Origin: Azolla caroliniana
Lineage: Eukaryota > Plantae > Polypodiophyta
Assembly: GCA_043228905.1 (NCBI GenBank)
Contig: JBHGNT010000012.1
Location: 12,524,001-12,588,000 of the forward strand
Reading direction: 5' to 3'
Length of the DNA: 64,000 bases
Shown: positions 1 through 11,767 of the stretch, in pieces
Numbering within the stretch: the first letter of the stretch is position 1
Layout of the letters: each line of letters opens with the position of its first letter
The notes under the pieces: generated by a model
The model's input: only the letters and a program-made list of their open reading frames with translations
What the model was told of the DNA's origin: nothing
The model's database searches: none
Made by a program: the position numbers and the translations under genes

Positions 1-272
1 CATTTTTTTATAAATACGTATTATACTTGTTTTTTCAAATGTACGTTAAATACTATATTGGACAAATGTACATGATATTTGACTGAACAACATTGAGGTA
101 TAGTACATACTATACAAATTATGAGGTATTATACATATTTAAACGTTAAATATGGGTACTTAAACAACCATGATAGTGGGTAATTGGGTCTATGTGTGTT
201 TTATGGCATTTTGGAGCTCCTCTGCCTATGTTAGAAAAATGTTTATCAACATGTCCATATCAACTTCATTAT

Positions 273-646
273 TGTTGAGAGACAAGCTCAACATGAGCCG
301 GATTGGTTATAGGCCGGTAGGCTGGATCGACTGAAGAAGCTGACACTCGAGCCGGCTTAGGAGGATTGGCTGAAGAAGCTGACAATCAGATCCATTGAAG
401 AAGCTAACACTCGAGCCAGCTTAGGAGGATTGGTTGAAGAAGTTGACAATCAGATCCACTGAAGAAGCCGACAGGCCGATAGGATTTTCCTATTCATAGT
501 ATTAGGAAAATTTTGGGGAGTCAGTGTCAGATGCTCATTTATGAGCATTCAAGTACTTGTGTCAGCCCGCTATCAAGGCTTGTATAAAAGTTCTCATTAA
601 GCACATTATATGTACCGAGTCTTTTTTGAAATAGAGTTACTCAACA
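273..646 (+). mobile_element. Solo LTR (Copia-associated family)
   Basis: Termini TGTTGAG...CTCAACA are a perfect inverted pair. Short internal tandem repeats (gaagaagctgaca). Homologous to the LTR starting at 2235, which precedes a Copia gag. Flanks ATTAT/ATTTC give only a degenerate TSD. Confidence 0.7.
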
Positions 647-1166
647 ATTTCTCTACACGCAAGAGAAAGCGCATGCATGTGCTAAATTTTAAGGAAATCT
701 AAAGGGGAAACGTGTTGAGAGTTATGGTGACTTAACGCTTATTGACTTGTCTATGCATTGTAAGAATCTATATGAGCTATCTCTTGCCAGAAAGATGATG
801 TGTTATGGTTCTCTTTCACATATGTCTCCCTTCTTTACAATCGAAGATATATGCATAGGACTTAAGAAATTGACCTCTTGAAAGGCAAGCGATCTTCAAT
901 GTATAAAAGCGGAAATGCTCAAATGGATGGGAAAGGAAGCACATGCATGGATAAGCGATATGTTTAATCATGCATTGAAACATGGTATGCCATATGATTG
1001 GAAACCTTTATGTAAAGGTGGAGATGTAAATAATGTAAACAACTATCGAACCATCATGGTTGGTTCGCTAATGGCAAAACTATTTGGATGTATAATGGAA
1101 TCAAAGATAAGTGCATGGGCTGAAAAAATTGGTAAGTGAGCTTATGGACAAGCCGCCTTTCAAAAG

Positions 1167-1265
1167 TGTTAAGAATTAGGTAAGTAATTAAGGGTTAATT
1201 AGTACCTAATTATGCGCTTAAGTTAAGCGGAAGATTATGTGATATGTGTGTGTATGTGTGTGAGA

Positions 1266-1341
<76 letters not shown>

Positions 1342-1639
1342 CACTTATGAACAACACAAGATGGGGGATGAGTAACAATATTAAATTAGCATTATCATCA
1401 TCATCATACAAAAATACCTACAATGAGGTATATATAGATCTCATGTGCAAGGGTGCACATGTGTGAGGATAACATAGGTACAAACTTGTAAGTCCTATAT
1501 TAAATGCACTTGGGAGTGGAGGATCTACAATATCCCGCTGAAGTACAAGCTCCTATTTAAGGCATTATAGTCAACACTTCTAACTAGATTCTATATAGGT
1601 AACTACGAATTTACATGGTTGACTACCTAACTCTCAACA
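1167..1639. mobile_element. Solo LTR inserted in the LINE RT, containing a (GA)n tract
   Basis: TGTTAAGA...TCTCAACA termini. Flanks AAAAG/GAAAG (4 of 5 TSD match). The LINE reading resumes across it (GQAAFQK|HY). Confidence 0.7.
1269..1338. repeat. (GA)n microsatellite
   Basis: About 35 perfect GA units. Confidence 0.95.
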
Positions 1640-2234
1640 GAAAGCACTACAAGGTTTATATTGTTGTTTTGTTGACTTTAACAAAGCTTTTGATATGGTA
1701 CCTCGTGAGCATCGTTGGAGGTGAATGGAAGAACTCAAGGTGCCAAGTGAATATATGCTTGCAATCTCCTGAATATATGAGAAGGTTATATGTTGTGTGC
1801 ATATGAGCGATAAAATTTCCGATTTTTTCAATAGCACTATTGGTGTTAAGCAAGGATGCCCACTCTCACCAACTCTATTTGGTCTATGCATTGATGAATG
1901 GGAAGAAATGGTTGCCAAGTTTCTAAGGGAAGAAGGTGTTGAAGAAGTTGCAATTGGTAATGTTGTCATTATGCTTTTGCTATATCCGGATGATGTAGTG
2001 ATTTTTGCAAATACATTAGGAGATGCACAAAAGCTTATGAAGGCATTGGAAAACTTTTGCATGCATACGAAATTAAGTGTTAATAGCTCTAAAACAAAGA
2101 TTATGTTTGTGAAGAGCCAAAAAAAAGATAAGTCATGCATTATGTACAGTAATGAGCCACTTGAATGTGCCAAAAGCTTCAAATATCTTGGCCTTAAAGT
2201 TCCTTCAAATCCTTCAAATCATAGATGGAATGAA

Positions 2235-2593
2235 TGTTGAGTGACAAGCTCAACATGGACCGGATATCGGCCGAAGAAGCCAAGAGCCAGATCGGATGAA
2301 GGTCAATCGACTAGGCCCAAATCGGTTGCTAGGCCGAATCAACTAGCCGGATGGGCGGAAGCCAACAGGCCGTTAGGATTGATACTCCTATTTATAGTAA
2401 TAGGAATAATATTGGGAGTTAGTGTCAAATGCTCTTTTAAGAGCATTCAAGTACTTGTTAGTACTTCATGTCAGCCTTGTTAGAGGGCTTGTATAAAAAG
2501 TTCTCTTTGAGCATATTGTAAGTACTAAGTCCTTTTTTGGTAATAGAATTTGTTTGTTTGCTCATTCTCTCTCTCTCTCTCTTACTCACTCAC

Positions 2594-2638
<45 letters not shown>

Positions 2639-3157
2639 GAAGAAAAGACAAGAACATGGAGAGAGGCATGGGAAGCTCACTTCTGACAAAAAAGGTCGAT
2701 AGGAGCAACTACGCATCTTGATCGTACAAGATGCACCAGTACCTGCTTGGGCATGGGTACTGGAGTTACGTCAAAGGAGCGAATGATGCACATAGGGACT
2801 TTCAAGTTTGGGAGAAGGCGGCAAGTAGAGTAATGTACTACTTCATGTCCAGTGTCAGTGATCAACTACATCCGGGATGCCAAGAGGCTCAAAGATGTAT
2901 GGGCGAATCTCAAACGGATTTTCACCACCAACACAACGACCAGGAAGCTGCAGCTCAAGCAGGAGCTCAACCATGTCCAGCAGAAACATTTGTCTATGGT
3001 TGATTATACTACCCGGATCAAAGAGATTCGTGACTCCCTCGCCTCCATGAACGTGACCATCGAGGAGGATGAAATGGTGCAAGTCTGTCTCAGAGGGCTG
3101 GTGTCTATATTCTGATCATTCCGAATGACAGTCTACATGAGAGATAATATGTCGTCG
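2235..3157 (+). mobile_element. Truncated Ty1/Copia element: LTR-like 5' end, (CT)n tract and degenerate gag
   Basis: Starts TGTTGAGTGACAAGCTCAACATG, like 273. Copia gag-like translation from ~2657 (DRSNYAS*SYKMHQYLLGHGYW...RKLQLKQELNHVQQ...DYTTRIKEIRDSL). Confidence 0.8.
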
Positions 3158-4641
3158 TGATGTTTCTAACACATAGTGTGAAACCACCCTCGAAAAGAAG
3201 TAAAATAGTAGTTCAAATAAACTAGTATTGTGAAGTCAAGGTTATTGGTAGAAAAAATACTTTTTCATTTTCCAAAGATAATTCCTTATAAATAAATGGT
3301 CAAAGGATTGAACCTTACAATAAATAATGATGAATATTAAGTTAGAGGTGGTTTTCAAAAGTAGACAAAAGTAGAGAAAAACATGGAGAGAAAAAAAAAG
3401 CACGCGTGGATATGAGGAGGACAGTAGAGAAAAAAGTTCATAATTGCCTCGTCAATTGTCCAAATTAGAAAAGAAAAGATGCATAAGAAAGCTAACCCAA
3501 AGAGCTTTCCAAGAATATCTTGCATGTAAAATTAGGGGCTAGAAAACAGAAATAGTGAGGAAAAGCAAAGTCGACTCATATAGACAAGCTATTTTTTAGG
3601 GGAAAAAGGTAAGCCATCCTAAACCTATAAATAAGAGCCTATTCTAGTGAAGAAGGGGGGGAGGGAGAAGGAAGGGGGAAGCTCTACTCAATTGGAAAGT
3701 AGAAGAAGAAGGATCAACAACATCGAGAGGCATCATCAACAAAGAAACTCCTTCTATACTCCAGTCTCTTCTTTCCTCCGCCTCTCTTCCCCCATTCATT
3801 TATAAACAATCCTTCATATTCGCATCCAACCCATTGTAACAAGATTCTTATATTATAAAAGAATCTATAATTATATTGATATAAAATAATGTTTCTTTCA
3901 TCTACTTGGCTTATGTGTAAATCTTGATTGTGCTTATTTGTTATCGTCATTTGTGCTTATTTGTTTATGTGTCTTGTGACACGGGAGCGTTTCGGGCTTG
4001 CCCATGCACATCTCCTTTCACAAAGGCATTCAAACGTACATGTCTTATATGTTATCGTCGTTTGTGATTATTTGCTTGTGTGTCTTGTGACAAGGGAGCG
4101 TTTCGGGCTTGCCCATGCACCTCTCCTTTCACGTGTCTTGCGTGTTAGTGTAAATCTTGCTTGTATTGTGTGTTCGTGCGACTTGTGGCAAGGGAGCGTT
4201 CGGGCTTGCCCATGCAACTCTCCTTTCACAAAGGCGTTCGAAATTGTGTCTCCTATGTGTAAACCTTGCTTGTGTGTTTGTGCGACTTGTGGCAAGGGAG
4301 CGTTTGGGCTTGCCCATGCACCTCTCCTTTCACAAAGGCATTCAAAATTGTGTCTCTCGTGTGTAAACCTTGCTTGTATGTTCGTGTGACTTGTGGCAAG
4401 GGAGCGTTCGGGCTTGCCCATGCACCTCTCCTTTCACAAAGGCGTTCAAAATTGTGTCTCCCGTGTATAAACCTTGCTTGTGTGTTCGCATGTTTTGTAA
4501 CAAGGGAGTGTTCGGGCTTGCCCATGCACCTCTCTTTTCACAAAGGCATTTGAAAATATGTCTCTCGTGTGTGTAAGTAAGTCTTTTCCTTGTGTGTCCG
4601 TGTGTAAGCCTTCCTCACGTGCCTTCATTCACCTTGTGACT
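3158..4641 (+). mobile_element. Large LTR-like fragment with internal tandem repeats
   Basis: Begins TGATG exactly where the Copia gag breaks. TATA-like CTATAAATA at ~3625. Abuts the truncated LTR of element A. No coding domains. Confidence 0.55.
3925..4570. repeat. Tandem repeat, ~104-bp unit, 6 copies
   Basis: Core CTTGTGGCAAGGGAGCGTTCGGGCTTGCCCATGCACCTCTCCTTTCACAAAGGC recurs at ~3973, 4084, 4182, 4286, 4390 and 4495. Confidence 0.9.
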
Positions 4642-4869
4642 AGGAGGCCATTACATCAAAACATATCAACTTTATTCTCTGTCCTTTCAGACAGAGATAC
4701 ACATCGATTCCCTAGACAATTAATACCCTTCCTAGTACATATGTACATCAGCCGATCTATTCCTAGCTATGTACAATTCATAAATACACACACACACGCG
4801 AAAAGGATTGGGTGACACTTCTTCCCCTTGATTCCTCCTAAACCCTAAACTCTAAACCCTTGAGCTCCC

Positions 4870-7364
4870 ATAGTGAATCGGTGCCCTATGCCGATCGGTT
4901 GACGTAAACTTGGGTCCGACGCGACCCCCTTTATCCGCTCTCCGCTGCCTTTTGGCAAGGGTGCCGTGACTGGCCTCACCTTCCGGTCCACAGTCTTGTA
5001 CCTGGTATCCACACGGGCCGTCCAACCGGACCCGAACTTTTCCCCGAAGTCAGCGATGAACTTCGTACATCTCTACTGAATCAACCGGAACTGCTTGGTC
5101 TTCACTAAGGTCTCCTTCGACAACCTCGCGTAATTCCCCCAAGGTGTCATCGAAGGAGACCGCCTCCACGACACTGCCAATCTCTTCGCCAGGGCCGAGG
5201 ACCCCGAGTGCCCTGAGTCTTTCTTCTTTTCCCGACCACTGATGCTAGCTATGGTACAACCTCCGTTATCTGAGAACCAAAATTTTCTACCTATGGTACA
5301 CTGTGGGGTTCTTCTGGGGTGTCCGGACTATCACGGCCCCATGCCTTGATAGCCCTCTCTAAAAATCCCCTCGGCTCTTACCGCCGAGGGTCTCACGGTT
5401 ACGCTCATGGTTCGGCCTCACCGTCAAAAATTGAACGGAGTGCTGTTAGTCCTGGCTCTTCACGCGCGCGTATGCCGATCTGTTGTTAAGCACCTTCGTT
5501 TCCATCCGTGCCGCCGTAATGTATGGCTCACCGAGTATCACCGGGTGCGAGGAAGTCTCCTGCACAAAGAAGTGTTGATCTATCTCAACGTCGCCGATCT
5601 TTACGTGTACATTCGGGCACGCACCATATAGCTCCTCCGTAGCGTGTGTCACCGTGCGTATCTTCCACCCGTGCTTGGTGTTGATCGACCACTTCCCCTT
5701 TTTGTAGAAGTCCATGAACATTAGGTTGATCTCCGAGTCGTGGTCTATCAATGCCACCACCGGCTCCCGCACGTCCCCAACCCGGACAGGGGTCTCCGTA
5801 GTGGCCCTGGCCCAATGCGGCTTCGTGTAGTAGTTATCCGTCAACTCATCCTCTAGGGCCGTGTCTTCTAGGTGCATCGTCCGCACCTCCACAAGCTTCT
5901 CTGGCTCTGGCTCCGTCGAGAGCTGCTTCTGCTTCACCAAGTCCACAATGGAGTCGTAGAACTCCTTGGCGATTCCGAGCACCTCCCTCAGCGACAACTC
6001 CACCTTGCTGTCTAGAATCCGCTCCTCGAGGACCTTCTGCAGGTCCGTTGACCTCTCGATCTTTGTGCTCAGCCGGTAACAGGCCCTCTTCGTTTTATCT
6101 GGCACCCTGGTGTTGCCAACATCGTTCTACTTTGGTCCGAACCAGGTCTCGTACGGTTGTGAGGGACCGACGCCCCCAACCCTTCCCGCGCGCTTGTCTT
6201 CTACCAGAATCTCGTAGTTCTAGCATGTGGCTTCCACGAAGCCAATCTTTTCTTCAACCGGATCGTCCCATCCGATGACCTCTTGGATACACTGTTCGCG
6301 CGGTCCGCCTCCTTCTTCCTTAGCCGTACCCCGGAGAGGCCTTCCAGCATCAGCGGCCAGAATCCAGAGTCTTTCGCCTTCCGGCCCTCGTCGCCCCCGA
6401 CCCGGATACCCGCCGACGCGGAGTAATAGATGATCTCTGCATGCATTCCAGAGGTACACCACGTTGGCCCAGAGTGCCTCTACGAAATCCGCGCATTCTT
6501 TCTAGATGTGACCGTCTGCATCACACCACATGCATCACTGCCCCATCAGCGGCCTCCGATCACGAGGTTGATCGCCGCTCTCCCTCCGTGATTGTGCGAT
6601 CTCGAGGTCGCGCACCATTTGTGTCAGCTCTTCTAGAGCCGCTCCTCCAAAAGAGCCTTGGACCACTCCGCTCGAGGCTGGGCCCATCTCGAGCCAATTC
6701 CGAGTCTCTTCCTTCCCAACCGGCACTGATACTGACGCAGTCAAGCCCTCATCGCTCCACTCGCGCCGCTTGTCAAAGTGGGCGTAGACCCCTTTTACCA
6801 CGGCCTAGTCGGCCGTGAGGCCGTCATCCGTCTCCAATAGGAGAGCCACCTTCTCCTGATCCAGCGCGTGCACCGACTTGACGAACGGCAAGACCCTACT
6901 CGTGTCGAGCATGGTCCGATCCAACGCTTACAACCTAGCGAATCGTTGTTCGAATTCTTGGAGGAGCACCGACGCGTTCCTCCCCTTTCCAGGGCTCTCA
7001 ACCCAAGCCATGAAGTGTCGCTTCGACAGCCGAAGCGAATCGTCGTACCTGTACTTCTCAAGGAGCTGCCCCTCGAGCTCCACCCAAGCCTTGCATTCGG
7101 CGAGCACCGCGAGCACCTCCGCGTGGATGCTCGGCGTCACCACTCGAGGGAATCCGGACAACCGTTTGTCCTCCGGGATGTCCCTCATGATCATTTCGGC
7201 CCGATAGGTCTCCAAATAGCTCATGGCATTCTTCCCACCAAATCGGCCTATGGTGCTGACAATCGATTCTACGGCCCTATCAAGGCCACATGTTCTCTCA
7301 TGAGCACTCACTAGCCGGTCGACGGCTACTGCCATAGCTTCAGCAAGCTCAGATCCCCTCATCT
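4870..7364 (-). pseudogene. Degenerate Gypsy gag and aspartic protease (element A); no RT, RNase H or integrase
   Basis: Gag RFGGKNAMSYLETY, CCHC-like knuckle near 6500, protease ALIDHDSEINLM...VILGEPYI. The frame ends just after YKTVDRKVRPV, the region that precedes RT in element B. Confidence 0.8.
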
Positions 7365-7387
7365 TCAACTCCTTTGCCGCCTTCTTG

Positions 7388-7403
7388 CACGTCAGGTTCA
7401 CCA
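7388..7403 (-). promoter_or_regulatory. Primer-binding site, tRNA-Trp type (1 mismatch)
   Basis: Minus strand reads TGGTGAACCTGACGTG. Plant tRNA-Trp ends CACGUCGGGUUCACCA. Confidence 0.75.
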
Positions 7404-7874
7404 AATTATGGTCGTGTTGTTACGCTCTCACGTGTGAAATGAGGCGGGACCACAGGGGCCCTGGACCGAGGAGCGTGAGAAAGAAGAGGGAGAGTGATTC
7501 ATGGAAACGCAAGGAGAGAGAGACGGGGATAGAAGATTCAATTACTATATGTCAACAACAATTACAACTGGCAAATCGGCAACAGACCCAAACGAAGGTC
7601 CCACGCACACACACGGACGACACAGAGAACGCACGGTGCAGCCTCCGCTAGAAGCACACGGGCTTACACGCAGTAGAGGCAACCGACACAGAAACATAGT
7701 GGAGAGCAATGGTAGAGGAGGAGAGAGCTCGGTTTCCATTCCGACAACACTTCCTCGCCAAAACACGATACCTATCTCCTTCTTCTCCCCTCCCTTTTAT
7801 AGGTCTCCGAGGAGGCCGTTACATCAAAACATATCAACTTTATTCTCTGTCCTTTCGGACAGAGATACACATTG

Positions 7875-10800
7875 AACACCGGGACATTTGAAACAGGTAA
7901 TATGTCGCATTTGGAGAATTGTCCATCAAAAAATGACACAAATTAGGGTGATTCACAAAAAGGGGTGCTGCATGCGTAAAGGAATTTTAAAAATGACCCA
8001 AAAATATATTGATTTTTAACATGTACAGAAATTTAGGTGTTCAAAAAAATGCCTAAATAATGGACATGCCAAACTTACAAATGAATGTCCAAAATGACTA
8101 ACCCCAATATTTATAGAAATTCTGAATCCAAATCTTGATGTGCAATACAATATTTATAGTTAACGTATCAGGACAATCATTTTTCAAGTTTATGTCATCA
8201 TCTTCATACCCATTAGATGAACTAGTACGAGTTTATGAGGTCTCATCCTCATCATCAATGGCAACTAATGCATTGCGTTGATCCAATTGCAATCCAACCT
8301 CATCGAGTTTATGAGTCATGCTTCTTGTTTGTCTTTGTGTTGTGTCTGAAGCCACATTCCAGATCCTCTTTTAGTATCTTCATTGTGGTCTGTCACAGAT
8401 AACTTGTTTTGGTCAAAGATAAGTCATACACTAATATATAAACATTATCCAATGTAAGAGTAGATGTGCTTGATGCATCTTTCCTCCTCACTTTTTGGTT
8501 ATGATATTTCATTATGTACTTTCCATTTACAAGATTAGATTATGTGAGAGAAGCTTTCTACCAAAATCATTAGAATCTAAAAAATGTCTTAAAGATGTTT
8601 TCCATTTTTCTTAGATTCTCATAGTAAGCCTTTGATGTCGTACAGAAATCCGATTCATTCCATCTAGATTTGACGCAACATGTCGAATTTTACTCTATAC
8701 ATCTAGAATTGGATATAATGCATCAGATTCCTGTAAGTCTTGGAATTTTTTTTAAAAATTCCATTAAAAAAATACTCTTGCATTTTAATGCATTGCATTG
8801 AATTCTAGCTACATAGAATAAAATATGATGCATTGCATGGATTTCCCGAAAATACATAAATAAATACAAATTGAAAAAAATAAAACATTTTCCCATAAAT
8901 AAATAAATAAATAAATAAACATTTTTTATTTTACTCGTAAATAAATAAATAAAAATTGAAAAATTAGATTTCAATGGAAATCCAATTCCGTGCATCGGAT
9001 TCAATTGAAAATCCAATTTATCTTATTTTTTTGAAAATTTTCTTATTTTTTGAATTGTTTTTGAATTTGTTTTATTTTTCCCATAAAAAAATAAATAAAA
9101 ATTGAAAAAATGGATTTTCAACGGAAATCCAATGCACTGCATCGGATTTTTGTTGAAAGTCCACTTTTACGTATTTTTTTCCAAATTTGCTTTTTTATTT
9201 GAATTTATTTGAATTTATTTGAATTTTTTCTATAAAAAATAAATAAATATTGAAAAAATAGATTTTCAATGGAAATCCGATGCACTACATCGGACTTCCG
9301 TAGAAAATCCACTTTTTCTTATTTTTTTCCAAATTTTCATAGTTTTTAGAATTTTTTTGGTATTTTGTTTGTCTATTTTCTCATAAATAATTATATAGAA
9401 ATTGAAAAAATGAATTTTCAAAGGAAATCTGATGCATTGCATCGGATTTCTATTGAAAGTCCACTTTTTGCTATTTGTTACCAAATTTTCATATTTTAAA
9501 ATATTTTTTTGTATTTTTTAAATTTTTTTTCATTTTTTCCCATAAATAAATAAATAAAAATTGCAAAAAATGGTTTTCCAACAGAAATCCGATGCACTAT
9601 ATCGGATTTCTATTGAAAATCCATTTTGTCTTATTTGTTTCCAATTTTTCAGATATTTTGAATTTGTTTTTGTATTTGTTTTGATTTGTTTTTGTTTTTA
9701 TCATAAATAAATATATAGGAATTGAAAAAAATTGATTTTCAACGGAAATCCGATGCACTAAATCGGATTTCCATTGAAAGTCCACTTTTTCTTGTTTGTT
9801 TACAAATTTTTTTATTTGATTATATTTTTCTCTAAAAAAGTGTTAAAAATAAACAAATTGTGATTTTCTCCATTTAAAATGATGTGTTTTCAACGGGAAT
9901 CCGATGGAGTGCATCGGATTCCCATTGAAAACAGATCATTTTCAACAGGATTTTCAATGGAAATCCGATGCACTGCATCGGATTTCCATTCAAAATCACT
10001 GAGTTTCAACAGAAATCCGATGCAGTGCATCGGATTTCCGTTGAAAGTCCAATATTTTTCTTATGTTTTTTCATAAAACATTAATTTGCAATTGAAATCC
10101 GACTCAATGGCTCAGATTTTGTTGAAAATGTAATATTTTCTTATTATCTCATTGTTTTATGAAAAACCTAAAAGAAATTCGATGTAGTGCATTAGATTTC
10201 AGTTGGAAATCCACTTTTTTAATATATTTTTATTTATTTTTTGACTCTAATCCAACGCATTGCATTAGATTCTAGCTATATATACTAAAATATAATGTAG
10301 TGCATAGTATTTTAGCTGAAAATCCATTTTTTGTTTTTTAATGGAAAAAATTTTAAAAATTACAAAAAAAAAAAACTTGGATTTTCAACTGAAATCTAGT
10401 GCATCGCATTGGATTCCAATTAAAAATCCAAGATTTTTTATTTTTTCAAATTTTATTGTTTCAAATTTTCAATGGGTTTTAGATTAGTTTTCTGACACAG
10501 GTATATAATATAAAACTTACATCAATTTAGATTAACGTTATATTCTATTCTTCAGTTTGATGTTACCTGTGCAATTTCATTCTATTGTCATGTACTACTA
10601 AAACATACGCCTTAAAGATTATCAGGAACTCTGTTGCATTAGAGAAGGACCTTGACCAAGTTAATGTCATCAAAATGAGGATCCAAGGTATCTGGGGTTG
10701 TCCTGATCAAGACCAAGAAGTTGGGGCAAAGCATATCAATAAAACTTAGATGTTCCAGATGACTTTTAGAAAACTTGTGGAACTATAGATGAAGACGCAG

Positions 10801-11610
10801 GGCAACTTGTTGAATTAGAAGACGTTTCAGAGTCTGAACATACTAACAATTCAACTTAGCGTACTGACGAAGCCAATGAGGACAATCCTGATGAAAGAGC
10901 TAATCCTGAGTAGACGGCTTTACCAGAGTTATTATTCGATTGAATGGTTATGGCTTATTGTAAATTTTGAACAATATGAATTTTAAATTTTGACGTAATA
11001 TATAAGTTGAGCTTACTTATAATTTTCGTGTAACAATCATTGAACTTAGAAATTAAGTATACTTGTATGTGTACATGTTATCTAAACTCTCCTTTATCAT
11101 TTGGGGTATATCGGAGATAAGTTTATACTCTATCATTTACTCGTATGATTGGAATGTTATTGTAGACTAGTTTATTTATACATTGACAGTGTCATGTATC
11201 ACGTGTCAATGGAAATTTTCTCTTGACATAGTAGTATCTCTTAATTGCAAGGTTCACAATTTGCTTTAAGATGTATTATATTTAAATATACACACATAAT
11301 TAGAAGAAGTCACTTATTCAATGGGGCATGCTTTTTAGAATATGCACAAGGACCCGTGTTACTATTATACTTTTGTTGACAAATACACCCCTGTCTAAGA
11401 TTTGGACAAAAACATGGTAGATAGAATATACGCCGGATGATTTTGTTGACGTGATATTAGTTAGTTCTTTTTTTCGCTATGTTTTCATAAACCACATACA
11501 CATGCGTCGTGCCTTGTTGAAATTCTACTTAAATAAGGCATTTTTTAACATCTCACCAAGATATGAAAAAGAGAATGCGACATATTACCTGTTTCAAATG
11601 ACCCGGTGTT
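7875..11610. mobile_element. Non-autonomous TIR DNA transposon, 37-bp TIRs, 4-bp TSD (ATTG)
   Basis: Left end AACACCGGGACATTTGAAACAGGTAATATGTCGCATT; the right end is its reverse complement with 1 mismatch. ATTG at 7871-7874 and 11611-11614. Empty site visible in the sister LTR near 4700 (acac-atcg-attccc). No transposase ORF seen. Confidence 0.92.
8960..10435. repeat. Array of ~12 palindromic ~45-bp cores separated by A/T-tract spacers
   Basis: Core TTTTCAATGGAAATCCGATGCA-C-TGCATCGGATTTCCATTGAAA at ~8968, 9112, 9261, 9413, 9572, 9734, 9886, 9948, 10003, 10085, 10170 and 10380. First seven spaced ~145-160 bp. Confidence 0.9.
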
Positions 11611-11767
11611 ATTGATTCCCTAGACAATTAATACCCTTCCTAGTACATATGTACATCAACCGATCTATTCCTAGCTATGTACAATTCATAAACACACACA
11701 CGCGCGAAAAGGATTGGGTCACGCTTCTTCCCCTTGATTCCTCCTAGGGGCGGTTTTCTCCACGACA

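Larger units (their letters stand above)
760..2234 (+). pseudogene. Degenerate non-LTR retrotransposon (RTE-like LINE) reverse transcriptase, split by a solo LTR
   Basis: Motifs NNYRTIMVG, GQAAFQK, CCFVDFNKAFDMV, GVKQGCPLSPTLFGLCID, LLLYPDD (YADD-like) and FKYLG. Stops and frameshifts present. Truncated at 2234 by an LTR. Confidence 0.85.
4642..11723 (-). mobile_element. Gypsy element A: gag-protease only, tRNA-Trp PBS; 5' LTR (~7407-11723) split by a DNA transposon; 3' LTR (4642-4817) truncated
   Basis: 4642-4817 matches 7810-7874 plus 11611-11723. PPT TCAAGGGGAAGAAG at 4818-4831 (minus). PBS at 7388-7403. Gag and protease ORFs lie between. Confidence 0.8.

Noticed and set aside
1239-1466. 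RE-repeat ORF (and the LS-repeat ORF at 42591-43007)
   Set aside because: Microsatellite translation artefacts.
3928-4628. Cys-rich repetitive ORFs
   Set aside because: They are translations of the non-coding ~104-bp tandem repeat and are open in several frames on both strands.
8960-10435. CRISPR-like array of palindromic repeats with spacers
   Set aside because: Spacers are ~100 bp, low-complexity and related to each other. There are no cas genes, and the array lies in a eukaryotic TIR element.
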